Shown here in pieces: positions 7,561 to 17,733 of a DNA stretch of 64,000 nt; positions within the stretch are counted from its first letter, which is position 1; every line of letters starts with the position of its first letter. A program made the position numbers and the translations under genes. The notes beneath the pieces are model-generated. The model was given only the letters and a program-made list of their open reading frames with translations. It made no database searches and was not told the origin of the DNA. This stretch comes from Chloroflexota bacterium. Lineage in GTDB: Bacteria; Chloroflexota; Limnocylindria; Limnocylindrales; CSP1-4. The stretch spans positions 37,713-101,712 of the forward strand of contig JBJMMR010000047.1 of the NCBI GenBank assembly GCA_045804645.1, written 5' to 3'.

Positions 7561-9891
7561 TCAGCGCATCGGGATCGTGAGCTCCCACGCGTCGGCGTCC
7601 TGGATGCGACGCTCGCTGACGTGGCGTCCGTCGTGCGCCCTGACGACGATCGCGCGGGGCGGTGGCCGGAAGCGACCGGCGCGCTTCGCCGAGACCAGCG
7701 TGCTGCCATCACCGGTCGGCGTCGCGGAAAACGTGGTCTCCGCGGTCTCGCCGTCGAGGTAGCCCATGGACACGCCATCGTCCTCGTAGAGCCGCCCGCT
7801 GGCGGTGCCGTCCGGGTCGAGATAGACATCGAGTGTCAACGGGTCGACCGGGCGCTCGTCGCTCCACTGCATCAGCGGTCCCGACGGGATGATGGCCCCA
7901 GCTCGTGCGTACACCGGCACGTCCTCGTCGAGCGACGCTGACGCCTCGAGCTCCGCTCCGCCGCTCGAGGCCTCGCCGGTCCGGATGTCGTACCAGCTGC
8001 CGCTGGGCAGGTAGACCTTCCGCTCGACGGCACCCTGCATCAGGATCGGGGCGATCAGAAGGTCGCGCCCGACGAACGCCTCATCCTCGACGCCGACGGC
8101 CCGCACGTCGCGCGGTGCGTGGAAGAGGAGCGGTCTGAGGACCGGGTACCCGGTCCGGCACGCTTCCTCGACCACGGTGTAGAGGTACGGCAGGAGCCGG
8201 TAGCGCAACTCGATCGCCCGCCTGCAGCGAGATGTCGTCGGCTCACCGAACGCCCACGGTTCCTGAGGCCCCGTCCCGACGGCCGAGTTGTTCCGGGCGA
8301 ACGGGTAGAAGGCGCCGAGCTGCATCCAGCGGACCAGGAGCTCCGGCGAGCAGTCCTCGAAGAAGCCACCGATGTCGGCGCCGGCGATCGGAACACCCGA
8401 GAGCCCGAGATTCAACAGCTGTGGCAACGACATCGCGAGATGCTCCCAGCGGCTCCAGTCATCGCCGGTCCACACGATCGCGTAGCGCTGGACGCCGGCG
8501 AACCCCGACCGCGTGATGAGGAACGGCCGTTCGTCGGGACGCGCGGCGAGGAGGCCGGCGCGGGTGGCGGCGTCCTCGAGCAACCCGTACACGTTTCGCG
8601 CTTCGGCGTGGGTGGTCCGCTCATCGGCGGGACCGAAGGGCGCGTCGCGCGGCGGCTCGACGTTCCGTGTCCCAGGGTCATCCATCGGTCGGTCGTGCAT
8701 CGCCGGTTCGTTCATGTCGTTCGCGAAGCCCGCCATCCCGAGGTCGAGCTGCCGCCGATACAGGGAGCCCCACCAGTCCCGGATCTCGGGCCGGAGGTGG
8801 TCGGGATAGACGCTGAGGCCACCCCAGAGGTGGCCGACCACCTCGGGCGCGTCTGGAGCATCGGACGTTCGAACGTAGGCCGCGAGACGTCGCCCTTCCT
8901 GGTACACGCTGTCGCCGGCTCCATCGTCGATCGCGACTGGCGCGTCGACGACGACGGTCGTCCGGAGGCCGGCCGTCGCAAGCGATCGCGCGAGTCCCGC
9001 CGGGTCTGGGAATCGCTGGTGATCCCAGGTGAACGCCCGATAGCCGTCCATGTGGTGGATGTCGAGGTGGACGGCGTCGGCGGGGATGGCGTTGCCGCGT
9101 AAGCCGTCGGCGATCTCGCGCACCTCCGCCTCCGTCTCGTAGCTCCAGCGTGCCTGGTGATAGCCGAGCGCCCAGCGTGGGGGCAGCGACGCGGCACCGA
9201 CGAGCTCGGTGAAGCGGGCGACGACGTCGGCGGGGTCGGGACCGTCGATGACATACCAGTCGAGCGCGGGTGACGCCGCCCACATCGAAGCGCGACGCCC
9301 GCGGGTATCAGTGATGTCGAAGGTGCTCCGGAACGTGGAGTCGAGGAACACGCCGTGAGCGTGTCCGTCCTCGTCGAGCCCGAGGTAGAACGGGATCGCG
9401 ATGTACAACGCGTCCGTGTCGTCGTCCTGCGACCGCCACTCGTCGGTGGTCCAGCACGAGTACCGCCGGCCGCGCTTGTCGAGCGGACCCGTGCGCTCGC
9501 CGAACCCGAAGAAACGTCGACCGTCGGGCATATCGAACGTCCAGCGGAGGCCACCGCGTTCGGCGCACACCTCGCTGTCAGCCATGAGCGTCGCATCGCC
9601 GCTCGACACGGACAACCGACCTGCGGCGTCCACGACGGTCGTCAGGGGCCCGAGTCCGACGATGACGCCACCGTCATCGGTCTGGCGGATGTCGGGGTCA
9701 GCCGCCGCGAAGGCCTCGTCGGATCTCGTGACAGCCCACGACCGGCGCGGAGCCCATCGCCGGCCGGGGGCGGATCGAACGTGGACGAGCCGCGGCCCGA
9801 GCGCCGTCATCGAGACACTCGCCTCGGGCAAGTCCACGACGACGGACCGGCCGTGGCGCTCCGCTCGGACCGTCGACTTCGGTGGGCCCAC
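7561..9891 (-). CDS. glycoside hydrolase family 31 alpha-glucosidase
   Basis: 776 aa with GH31 signatures (HLDIHHMDGYRAFTWD, WTGDDWSRWEHL, GADIGGF). Confidence 0.9.
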   Translation of the reverse strand: MGPPKSTVRAERHGRSVVVDLPEASVSMTALGPRLVHVRSAPGRRWAPRRSWAVTRSDEAFAAADPDIRQTDDGGVIVGLGPLTTVVDAAGRLSVSSGDATLMADSEVCAERGGLRWTFDMPDGRRFFGFGERTGPLDKRGRRYSCWTTDEWRSQDDDTDALYIAIPFYLGLDEDGHAHGVFLDSTFRSTFDITDTRGRRASMWAASPALDWYVIDGPDPADVVARFTELVGAASLPPRWALGYHQARWSYETEAEVREIADGLRGNAIPADAVHLDIHHMDGYRAFTWDHQRFPDPAGLARSLATAGLRTTVVVDAPVAIDDGAGDSVYQEGRRLAAYVRTSDAPDAPEVVGHLWGGLSVYPDHLRPEIRDWWGSLYRRQLDLGMAGFANDMNEPAMHDRPMDDPGTRNVEPPRDAPFGPADERTTHAEARNVYGLLEDAATRAGLLAARPDERPFLITRSGFAGVQRYAIVWTGDDWSRWEHLAMSLPQLLNLGLSGVPIAGADIGGFFEDCSPELLVRWMQLGAFYPFARNNSAVGTGPQEPWAFGEPTTSRCRRAIELRYRLLPYLYTVVEEACRTGYPVLRPLLFHAPRDVRAVGVEDEAFVGRDLLIAPILMQGAVERKVYLPSGSWYDIRTGEASSGGAELEASASLDEDVPVYARAGAIIPSGPLMQWSDERPVDPLTLDVYLDPDGTASGRLYEDDGVSMGYLDGETAETTFSATPTGDGSTLVSAKRAGRFRPPPRAIVVRAHDGRHVSERRIQDADAWELTIPMR

Positions 9892-9896
9892 CTGCG

Positions 9897-10907
9897 TTAC
9901 AGCAGCTCGGGCATGACCTCCCGCTCGTAGAAGCGGAAGAAGCCCTCCTGGTCGTCACCGACCTGATACACGTGGACGTGGTCGTACCCGGCCTGCTGCG
10001 CCTCGCGGATCTTCGCGATGTGTGCCTGTGGATCCGGGCTGCAGACGATGACCTTCGCGACGTCGTCCTCGGTGAGCATCTTGATCGACTGCTCGTAGTG
10101 GGCAGGCATGGGCAGCAGGTTTCCGAGCTCGCCCTGGAGCGCCACATTCCCGCAGATGCGGTAGGCCGTCCGACGCGCTTCGGCCTCGTCCTTCGCGTAG
10201 CAGACACTGACCTGCAGATACCGCGGTCGCTCGTCGGCGCTGCCCTCCCCCTCGGCCTGGAAGGTCTCGACGACGCTCTGGTCGGCGGCGAAGTTGATGA
10301 GCCCGTCGCCCATCCGTCCGGCAAGCGTGGCCGACTTCGGACCGGAGGCCGCCACGACGATGGGTGGGGGCTCCTCCGGAAGGGTGTAGATCCGCGCGTT
10401 CTCGACCGTGAAATGCTCGCCGCAGTGCGAGTAGTTCTCGCCGGTCCACAGCCCCCGGATGATGCCGACGGCTTCCTCGAGCATCGCTGCACGCACGTCG
10501 TACCGCGGCCAATCACCGCCGACGATGTGCTCGTTGAGGTTCTCGCCGGTACCGACGCCCAGGAAGAAGCGCCCCGGCATCATGGATGCGACCGTGGCGG
10601 CCGCCTGGGCGACGATCGCCGGGTGGTAGCGGCGTGTCGGGCAGGTGACCCCGGTCCCGACCTGGAGTCGTTCGGTCGCGGTCGCGATCCCGCCGAGGAC
10701 ACTCCACACGAACGGGCTGTTCCCCTGGGCCTCGAGCCACGGATGGAAGTGATCGGAGATCGAGGCGTACTCGAAGCCGACCGCCTCGGCACGGCGGGCC
10801 CACCCGACCAGCTCCTCCGGTCGGTGTTCCTCGCACGACAGGGAGTAGCCGAGGTGCAGTCTTCCGCGGCCGTCCGCGGTGGGGGTTTCGGAAGGTGATG
10901 TCGCCAT
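9897..10907 (-). CDS. LLM-class F420-dependent oxidoreductase, glucose-6-phosphate dehydrogenase family
   Basis: Aligns by eye along its full length with mycobacterial Fgd-type proteins (LGYSLS.EE, SDHFHPW, RYHPAIVAQA, FLGVGTGENLNE). I chose the internal ATG at 10907; the upstream part of the track ORF is Arg-rich shadow. Confidence 0.85.
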   Translation of the reverse strand: MATSPSETPTADGRGRLHLGYSLSCEEHRPEELVGWARRAEAVGFEYASISDHFHPWLEAQGNSPFVWSVLGGIATATERLQVGTGVTCPTRRYHPAIVAQAAATVASMMPGRFFLGVGTGENLNEHIVGGDWPRYDVRAAMLEEAVGIIRGLWTGENYSHCGEHFTVENARIYTLPEEPPPIVVAASGPKSATLAGRMGDGLINFAADQSVVETFQAEGEGSADERPRYLQVSVCYAKDEAEARRTAYRICGNVALQGELGNLLPMPAHYEQSIKMLTEDDVAKVIVCSPDPQAHIAKIREAQQAGYDHVHVYQVGDDQEGFFRFYEREVMPELL

Positions 10908-11075
10908 GGCCCTGACTCTGCGGGCGCCGACATGGCCACGGCCGAACGGCTGCCGGAGCGCACGTCGCAGCGACGTCACAGCCGCCGGCCACCGACCGCC
11001 GCTGCGCGCAGATGCAACACGGCGGGACGCCGCCGCAACCGGCTCGCATCCCAGCGTCCGCCATCGTTTCACCCC

Positions 11076-13172
11076 ATGTCCGAGCCGATCAGCCCATCAG
11101 TCGTCACCAGCTCCGCCACCAAGGACCTGCCCGCGTACGTCTCGAACGGTCTCATCGGCCTGCGCGTCGTCGACATCCCGATCCGAGGCGGGATGTCGAT
11201 CCTCAACGGTTTCGCGGGGCTGCATCCATCGCTTCGGATGGAAGCCGAGGCGCCCACCCCCTATCCCGTCGCCGGCGACATCTGCGTCGACGGCCTGTGG
11301 CTGAGCCTCTCGCCTCAGCAGGCGGAATTCGTCGACCAGCGCTACGACTTCTCGACAGGGGAGTTGACGACGCGGTTCACCTTCCGGGCAGACGGCGCGA
11401 CGGTCGAGGCGGAGGTCCTCACGTTCTGCAGCCGGAAACAGCCGACGCTCGTGCTCCAGGAGCTGTCCGTGCGGGTGAGCCGGCCATCTGACCTCGTTCT
11501 TCGGGCCAAGGTCGATCCCGACGGGATCCAGGGGGAGATGGAGGAGAAGGATCTCGACCCGCCAGGCCGCGATGAAGAAGCGGCGGACGGGTCGATGCGC
11601 TGGGTCTCGTTCGGCGACAAGTCGAGCTGCGGGATCGCCTATGTCACCGAGTTCCTCGGTGATGAGGACGCCGAGCGCATCCGCCAGGACTGGGGAATGG
11701 ACAGCGCACTCGCCACGGACTACCGATTCCGTGCACGAACGGGGCGCACGTACCGCCTCCGCCAGATCGCCAGCCTCGTCCCTGAGGCACTCCATCACCA
11801 GCCCGATCGCGCGGCGGTCCGCCTTGCGGCCCGCGCCAGGCGCGATGGCTTCGACGAGCTCCGGCGCGAGAACCACGTCGAATGGGATGAGCTGTGGAAG
11901 GGCCGCGTCCTCATCGACGCACGCGACCAGCGGTGGCAGGCACTCGCGGACGCCGCGTACTTCTACCTGAACATGTCGGTCCACCCGTCCGCGCCGTCAA
12001 GCACGTCGATCTTCGGCCTGGCCCAGTGGCACGACTACCACTACTACTACGGCCACGTCATGTGGGATGTCGAGACGTTCAGCGTGCCGGCGCTTCTGTT
12101 CAGCCAACCCGACGCCGCTCGGACCCTGCTCGAATTCCGCGTGGACACGATCAAGGCCGCCAGGAAGAACGCCAAGATGCATGGGCGGCGCGGGATCCAG
12201 TTCCCGTGGGAAAGCGGGCCGCTCGACGGTGAGGAGACAGCGCCGGGTGCCGGCGAGGCATCGTGGTACGAGGACCACGTCTCGCTCGACGTGGCCCGGG
12301 CATTCGCCGAGTACGCGTATGCGACGGGCGATCGGCGGTTCCTCGCCGACGACGCGTCCCAGATCCTGTATGGCGTCTCCGACTGGATCGCCAGTCGGGT
12401 GAGCCGCGCGGCACGAGGCTTCGTGTTCCGCCAGACGATGGGCATCGCGGAGCGGAAGGAGGCCACCGACAACGATGCATTCACGGTCCTCTCCGCAAAG
12501 ACCGTGCTGCGCCAGGCGATCGATTGCGCGCACCGCCTGGGGCATGACGTGCCCGACGCGTGGTACGAGGTGGAATCGGGCCTCGACGTTCGGCCGAACC
12601 GCGACAGGGTCATCCTCAGTCATGACGGCTTCCGGCCGAACGAGGAGAAGGGCGGGACGCCCGGACCGCTCGCGGCCCTGTTTCCGGTGTGGTGGGACAT
12701 GCCGCCCGACGTCGAGCGAGCCACCCTCGACTACTACCTGGACCTCGCGCCGCAGTACATCGGCAGTCCGATGCTCTCCGCGCTGTACGGGGTATGGGCG
12801 GCATGGACCGGCGACCGCCGGCGTGCTCTTCGGATGTACGAGGAGGGTTACGCCGATCTGATCATGGGACGGTTCCTGCAGACGCTCGAGCAGTCACGCG
12901 AGAAGTTTCCGGAGAAGGCACCCGCGGGCCCGTTCTTCGCCAACCTGGGTGGGTTCCTCATGGGTCTCATATTCGGGCTTCCCGGGATCAGGATCGGTCC
13001 GGAGGATCCGAGCACGTGGCCGTCGCGCCGTGTCGTGCTACCCGAGGGCTGGCGGTCGATCGAGATCGAACGCGCATGGGTGCGCATGAAGCCCGCACAC
13101 ATCGTCGCCGAGCACGGCGCGGACCGAGCGATCATCGAGACGACGAAGGACACGAGCATCCGCGCCGCGTAA
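11076..13172 (+). CDS. glycoside hydrolase family 65 protein (phosphorylase/hydrolase)
   Basis: GH65 central-domain motifs (YYYGHVMWDVETF, FPWESGPLDGEE). ATG at 11076 chosen; divergent from the F420 oxidoreductase gene. Confidence 0.85.
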   Translation: MSEPISPSVVTSSATKDLPAYVSNGLIGLRVVDIPIRGGMSILNGFAGLHPSLRMEAEAPTPYPVAGDICVDGLWLSLSPQQAEFVDQRYDFSTGELTTRFTFRADGATVEAEVLTFCSRKQPTLVLQELSVRVSRPSDLVLRAKVDPDGIQGEMEEKDLDPPGRDEEAADGSMRWVSFGDKSSCGIAYVTEFLGDEDAERIRQDWGMDSALATDYRFRARTGRTYRLRQIASLVPEALHHQPDRAAVRLAARARRDGFDELRRENHVEWDELWKGRVLIDARDQRWQALADAAYFYLNMSVHPSAPSSTSIFGLAQWHDYHYYYGHVMWDVETFSVPALLFSQPDAARTLLEFRVDTIKAARKNAKMHGRRGIQFPWESGPLDGEETAPGAGEASWYEDHVSLDVARAFAEYAYATGDRRFLADDASQILYGVSDWIASRVSRAARGFVFRQTMGIAERKEATDNDAFTVLSAKTVLRQAIDCAHRLGHDVPDAWYEVESGLDVRPNRDRVILSHDGFRPNEEKGGTPGPLAALFPVWWDMPPDVERATLDYYLDLAPQYIGSPMLSALYGVWAAWTGDRRRALRMYEEGYADLIMGRFLQTLEQSREKFPEKAPAGPFFANLGGFLMGLIFGLPGIRIGPEDPSTWPSRRVVLPEGWRSIEIERAWVRMKPAHIVAEHGADRAIIETTKDTSIRAA

Positions 13173-13192
13173 GCGCCGCCTGGGAGGTCGAC

Positions 13193-13408
13193 ATGGGGGA
13201 TCGGTCCGTCGAAGCGCAACTCGCCGCCCTGGCGGAGGCGACCGTCGAGCTTGACACCGTCTGGCGCGAGATCGTGAGGCCCGGGAGCCTCGAGCAGCGG
13301 CAGGGCGACTTGGAGCACCGCCATGAGGTGGCTTTGCGTCGCCTTCTTGACGTCGACGACGACCTGCGGCGACAGACGGGCCTCCGCAGCGGGAGCCGGG
13401 AGTCTTGA
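13193..13408 (+). CDS. small hypothetical protein
   Basis: 71-aa ORF with an ATG 5 nt after GGGAGG, immediately downstream of the GH65 gene. No family recognised. Confidence 0.35.
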   Translation: MGDRSVEAQLAALAEATVELDTVWREIVRPGSLEQRQGDLEHRHEVALRRLLDVDDDLRRQTGLRSGSRES

Positions 13409-13565
13409 CGCGATCCTGACTCCCTGGCGCCGTCTGGAATCGCCGGCGCCGCCTCGAGTCCTGACTCGGGTCTAGGAGCCGCCTGAGATCAGGGCGATCA
13501 GCAGGATCATCACCACGTTTCCGCCGATGTGCGCTCGCCGACGCTGAGCGCGGGATATTCGGATG

Positions 13566-13600
13566 CGGGCCCGGTCGCCGATGGATGTCGGCCGGGCCCG
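13566..13600. terminator. long GC-rich hairpin (possible terminator or REP-like element)
   Basis: CGGGCCCGG ... CCGGGCCCG forms a 9-bp perfect stem that extends to about 12 bp with an inner GCCGA/TCGGC pairing. No U-tract. It lies in a ~490-bp non-coding gap. Confidence 0.3.
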
Positions 13601-13896
13601 GTTCGGCGCCGCCCGGCCGGGGGAAGGGGCGCGGCGCGGCGCAGCTGACGCTAGGGCGCCGACCTATGCCTCCGTGCTGCGGGACCCCCGCATGATGTTG
13701 CGGCCGTCTCGATATGCGCTCGCGATGATTTCGTAATGTGTCGTCCGGCAGTCGCTGGCGCGACCTCATCGGGCGAGGAGCGACCCTTGCATGAAGGCCC
13801 GCGGCGGTGCCACGGGTTCACGTCACCCCTCGGAGGAGGCCACCCCACGTGAGGACATTCCCGCGCGCGCCGCGTTCAGCAGGCGATACGCGGCCG

Positions 13897-15042
13897 ATGC
13901 GCATCGGCCTGCTCGCCCCGCCCGTCGTTTCGCTCCCACCGCCGACCTATGCGGGCACGGAGCGGATCGTGACGTCGCTCGCGCTCGGTCTCCACGCTCG
14001 GGGTCATCAGGTCACGGTCTTCACGACCGGTGACTCGGATCTGCCGTGTGAGGTGGTGCCGGTCGTCCCCCGAGCGCTGTGGCGCGACGGCAAGAAGGGC
14101 GATCTCGGCGTCTACTTCCAGATGGCGGTCGCTCGCGCCTGGGACGAGGCGGACCGGTTCGACATCATCCACTCGCACGTCGAGACGCAGGGATTCCAGT
14201 TCGCGGCACACGCGCCGGTTCCTGTCGTCACGACCCTCCACGGCCGGCTGGACAAGGCCGGGACCGCGGAGTACATCGATGCGATGCCGTCCATCCCGCT
14301 CATCGCGATCAGCGAGAGCCAGCGGCGTTGGAACCCAGCGGCGAACTGGGTCGCGACGATCCACCACGGCATCGACTTCACGACGACGCCGTCCGTCACG
14401 CGCGTCGGCGACGATCTCCTGTTCATAGGGCGGATCACGCGCGAGAAGGGCATCGACCATGCGATCGAGCTCGCCCGTCGGACGCGCCGTCGTCTCGTCG
14501 TCGCTGCCAAGGCACACGAGCGCGAGGAAGTCGCGCTGTTCGAGTCGGTGGTGCGACCGGCGATCGAGGAAGGCGTCGTCGACTGGCGCGGTGAGGTCGA
14601 CACAGCGACGCGCGACCAGCTGATGCTCCGCGCCCTTGCGACGGTCATGCTGGGTGCGTGGCCCGAGCCCTTCGGGCTCGTGGCGATCGAGTCCATGGCG
14701 ACCGGGACGCCCGTCATAGCGCGCCGGGCTGGTGGACTCACCGAGACCATCGATCACGGCGTCACGGGGTTCCTCGTCGACGACGTGGATGAGGCAGCGC
14801 TCGCGGTCTCTCGCGCCGCGGCGCTCGATCGGGCCGACATCGCGAGCAAGACGAGAGAGCGCTTCTCGGTCGATCACATGATCGACGCCTACGAGGCTGT
14901 CTACCGACGCCTGATCACGCCGGCGACGGTCGAGCGGGCGGCGGTTCCCGTCGCGGCCGAGCAGGTCGAACGTGGACTGCCCGAACGGGAGCTCGGACGC
15001 GCCTCGTCGCCTCGGGATCTCATCGCAGCGGCGACCCGCTGA
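13897..15042 (+). CDS. glycosyltransferase family 4 (GT-B)
   Basis: MRIGLLAPP...YAGTERIV N-terminus and the C-terminal E-x7-E-type region (EPFGLVAIESMATGTPV). Confidence 0.85.
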   Translation: MRIGLLAPPVVSLPPPTYAGTERIVTSLALGLHARGHQVTVFTTGDSDLPCEVVPVVPRALWRDGKKGDLGVYFQMAVARAWDEADRFDIIHSHVETQGFQFAAHAPVPVVTTLHGRLDKAGTAEYIDAMPSIPLIAISESQRRWNPAANWVATIHHGIDFTTTPSVTRVGDDLLFIGRITREKGIDHAIELARRTRRRLVVAAKAHEREEVALFESVVRPAIEEGVVDWRGEVDTATRDQLMLRALATVMLGAWPEPFGLVAIESMATGTPVIARRAGGLTETIDHGVTGFLVDDVDEAALAVSRAAALDRADIASKTRERFSVDHMIDAYEAVYRRLITPATVERAAVPVAAEQVERGLPERELGRASSPRDLIAAATR

Positions 15043-15164
15043 CCAACGCCCCAGAACGGGCGGCGGGCGACGGCCGGCGCTAGCCGGGGCTATCTGGATT
15101 CGCGTAGGGTTCCGTACTACTATCGCGCTCCCAGCGGAACCGCTGCCGCAACGGCGGATGAGGG

Positions 15165-15449
15165 GTGCGAGGGGCCGGGACCCGAGCCGTGACGATCGTC
15201 GAAGAGACACTCGAGACGTGGCGCGACGCCGAACGTCTGCTTGAACAGCTACCGCCGGTCCATCCCGATCATGAGTCGGTCGCGCTCGCTGTCAGCTCAC
15301 TTCGCGAGACGTACCAGAACCTGACGGCTGGAGCGAGCGAGCGGACGCCCGCCGTGGTCACCCACTCGCGCGCGTCGATCGAGCGCACACGAGAGCTGCT
15401 CGAACGCATCCACGCGAAGCTCGACCGGACGGACGTCGAGACGGTCTGA
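15165..15449 (+). CDS. small hypothetical protein
   Basis: 94-aa helical ORF with good third-position G/C. The start is uncertain (GTG at 15165 or GTG at 15189). Confidence 0.4.
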   Translation: MRGAGTRAVTIVEETLETWRDAERLLEQLPPVHPDHESVALAVSSLRETYQNLTAGASERTPAVVTHSRASIERTRELLERIHAKLDRTDVETV

Positions 15450-15471
15450 CGCCTGGTCGAGGGGTGTGCCC

Positions 15472-15744
15472 CTAGTCGTTCGACTGGACGGGCGCCGGCG
15501 TCTCGCCCTCGTTCACGCGTCGCAGCCATTCGGTCTCGGGATCGTCGCCGGCGGGATGCTCGCCATCGCCGCTCCCACCCGAGGACTGCTTGTCACTTCC
15601 CGTCCCGTGCCCACCACCGGCGGACGTGGCCATCCCGCCGGGCGGCTCGACGTTGGCCGCGGGTCCTTGCGCGATCCGTTCCTCCTGGCTCTGCGGTGGC
15701 TCGGTGCTATGGCGAGGCCCCGGGTCTCGCGGATCGTCGCTCAT
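15472..15744 (-). CDS. small acidic Gly/Pro-rich hypothetical protein
   Basis: ATG at 15744 lies 6 nt after GGAGGAG. The predicted product is disordered. Confidence 0.45.
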   Translation of the reverse strand: MSDDPRDPGPRHSTEPPQSQEERIAQGPAANVEPPGGMATSAGGGHGTGSDKQSSGGSGDGEHPAGDDPETEWLRRVNEGETPAPVQSND

Positions 15745-15854
15745 GGCTGCTCCTCCGATCACTGGTCGACGGACGATCACCGTGCCAGTGCCTCGGGTCA
15801 GCGGCGGCTACGCCGGGGCTTGACGGCGTCGCGGGGCCATCACAACGGCTCTGC

Positions 15855-17594
15855 CTAGGACCGCGACGTCACCTCGGCGACCAGCGCCTGGGCCTCGGTC
15901 AGCAGCCGCTCGAGATGCGCTTCGCCGCTGAAGCTCTCGGCGTAGACCTTCGCGACGTTCTCGGTGCCGGACGGGCGCGCGGCGAACCAGCCCGTCTCCG
16001 TGGTCACCTTGAGGCCGCCGATCGGCGCACCGTTGCCTGGCGCGGTCGTCAGGATGGCCGTGATCGGATCACCCGCGAGGTCGGTCGCCGTCACGTCGGA
16101 CTTGGTGAGCGCCCCGAGCGCCGCCTTCTGTTCGGGCGTCGCCGGCGTGTCGACCCGTCGGTAGACAGGGTCGCCGAAACGCTCCGTCAGCCGCTCGTAG
16201 ATCCGCGCGGGACCAGAGTCCACGACCATCTCGCACGCCAGCAGGTCGGCGATGATGCCGTCCTTGTCGGTCGTCCAGACGGTCCCGTCCCGGCGCAGGA
16301 ACGAGGCGCCGGCGCTCTCCTCGCCGCCAAAACCCACCGAGCCGTCGATGAGGCCGTCCACGAACCACTTGAACCCGACGGGCACCTCCACGAGGTGGCG
16401 GCCGAGCTCGGCAACGACACGGTCGATCATCGATGAGGAGACGAGGGTCTTGCCGACTCCCACCTCCGGACCCCATGCCCGGGCGCCACGGTCCGCCGGG
16501 GCGCCACGGTCCGCCGGGGCGCCGCCCGCCGCGCGGCCGAACAGATAGCTCACCGCGGCCGACAGGAAATGGTTCGGGTTCATCAGCCCCGTCGTCGGCG
16601 TGACGATGCCATGCCGATCCGCATCGGCATCGTTGCCGAGGGCGATGTCGAACCGATCGCGCAGGTCGACCAACCTGGCCATCGCGTACGGGGACGACGG
16701 ATCCATCCGGATCTTGCCGTCCCAGTCGACGGTCATGAAACGGAAGGTCGGATCGACCGTCTGGTTCGTGACCGTCAGGTCGAGCCGATACTGCTCCGCG
16801 ATCACGCCCCAGTAGGCGACGCTGGCGCCACCCATCGGATCGACGCCGATGCGAACGCCCGACTGCTGGATCCGGGCGAGATCGACGATCGATGGCAGGT
16901 CATCGACGTAGTGGCCGAGGAAGTCGTAGCGGCCGACACGCGAACGGACGTCCTCGTCGCTGGCACGCGGGATCCCGTCGAGCCCCTCGCTCCCGGACGC
17001 CTCGAGGATCCGGTTCGCCTCGTCCTGGATCCAGCGGGTCACGTCGGTGTCGGCCGGACCGCCGTTCGGCGGGTTGTATTTGAAGCCACCATCGTCGGGC
17101 GGGTTATGGGATGGCGTCACGACGATCCCATCCGCCAGCTGCCGCCAGCTGTTGGCGGGCCGGTTCGCCGCGAGGATCGCGTGCGAGACGGCGGGCGTCG
17201 GGGTGTAGCCGTCTCGCTCGTCGATCAGGACGTCGACGCCCCGCTCGACGAGGACACTCAACGCGGTCCGGGTCGCGGGCTCTGAGAGCGCATGGGTATC
17301 GCGCCCGAGGAAGAGCGGGCCGCTATAGCCGCGCTGGACCCGGTAGCGATAGATGGCCTCGGTGGTGGCGAGGATGTGGGCCTCGTTGAAGGCGTTGCGA
17401 AGCGACGATCCGCGGTGGCCGGACGTCCCGAACGCGACACGCTGGGCGGGGTCGGATGGGTCAGGTCGGCCGTCGTAGTACGCCGCGATCAGGGCGTCGA
17501 TATCGACAAGCGACGCCGGATCCGCGGGTTTCCCAGCGCGTTCGTCGAGCACCACCCGGGCATGATGGCACGCCACGTCCCCGGCGACGGCCAT
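15855..17594 (-). CDS. pgm: phosphoglucomutase, alpha-D-glucose phosphate-specific
   Basis: Resembles E. coli Pgm along its full length (ERAGKPA...LIAAYY, TPSHNPPDDGGFKYN, GVDPMGGA, GGEESAG). Start taken at ATG 17594. Confidence 0.9.
   Translation of the reverse strand: MAVAGDVACHHARVVLDERAGKPADPASLVDIDALIAAYYDGRPDPSDPAQRVAFGTSGHRGSSLRNAFNEAHILATTEAIYRYRVQRGYSGPLFLGRDTHALSEPATRTALSVLVERGVDVLIDERDGYTPTPAVSHAILAANRPANSWRQLADGIVVTPSHNPPDDGGFKYNPPNGGPADTDVTRWIQDEANRILEASGSEGLDGIPRASDEDVRSRVGRYDFLGHYVDDLPSIVDLARIQQSGVRIGVDPMGGASVAYWGVIAEQYRLDLTVTNQTVDPTFRFMTVDWDGKIRMDPSSPYAMARLVDLRDRFDIALGNDADADRHGIVTPTTGLMNPNHFLSAAVSYLFGRAAGGAPADRGAPADRGARAWGPEVGVGKTLVSSSMIDRVVAELGRHLVEVPVGFKWFVDGLIDGSVGFGGEESAGASFLRRDGTVWTTDKDGIIADLLACEMVVDSGPARIYERLTERFGDPVYRRVDTPATPEQKAALGALTKSDVTATDLAGDPITAILTTAPGNGAPIGGLKVTTETGWFAARPSGTENVAKVYAESFSGEAHLERLLTEAQALVAEVTSRS
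16490..16532. repeat. perfect 18-bp tandem duplication (2.4 copies) inside pgm
   Basis: GGGCGCCACGGTCCGCCG occurs at 16490-16507 and 16508-16525, followed by a partial third copy. It encodes APADRG-APADRG. Confidence 0.9.
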
Positions 17595-17733
17595 CGACCC
17601 CCGAACCACACAAGACCGCACAAGACCCCACAGACCGGTTCCGGCCCGCACCACCCCGGACGCCACCGAACCGCCGAGGTGTTGCCAAAACCTCCTCTGA
17701 CGAGTACGGTCTCAACCCCCATGGAGCGGACGA

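Noticed and set aside
13478-13545. A tiny hydrophobic minus-strand ORF (..VVMILLIALISGGS) as a type I toxin or KdpF-like peptide.
   Set aside because: It is only about 12-14 codons from the first canonical start, has no SD and has no supporting context. It cannot be distinguished from chance.
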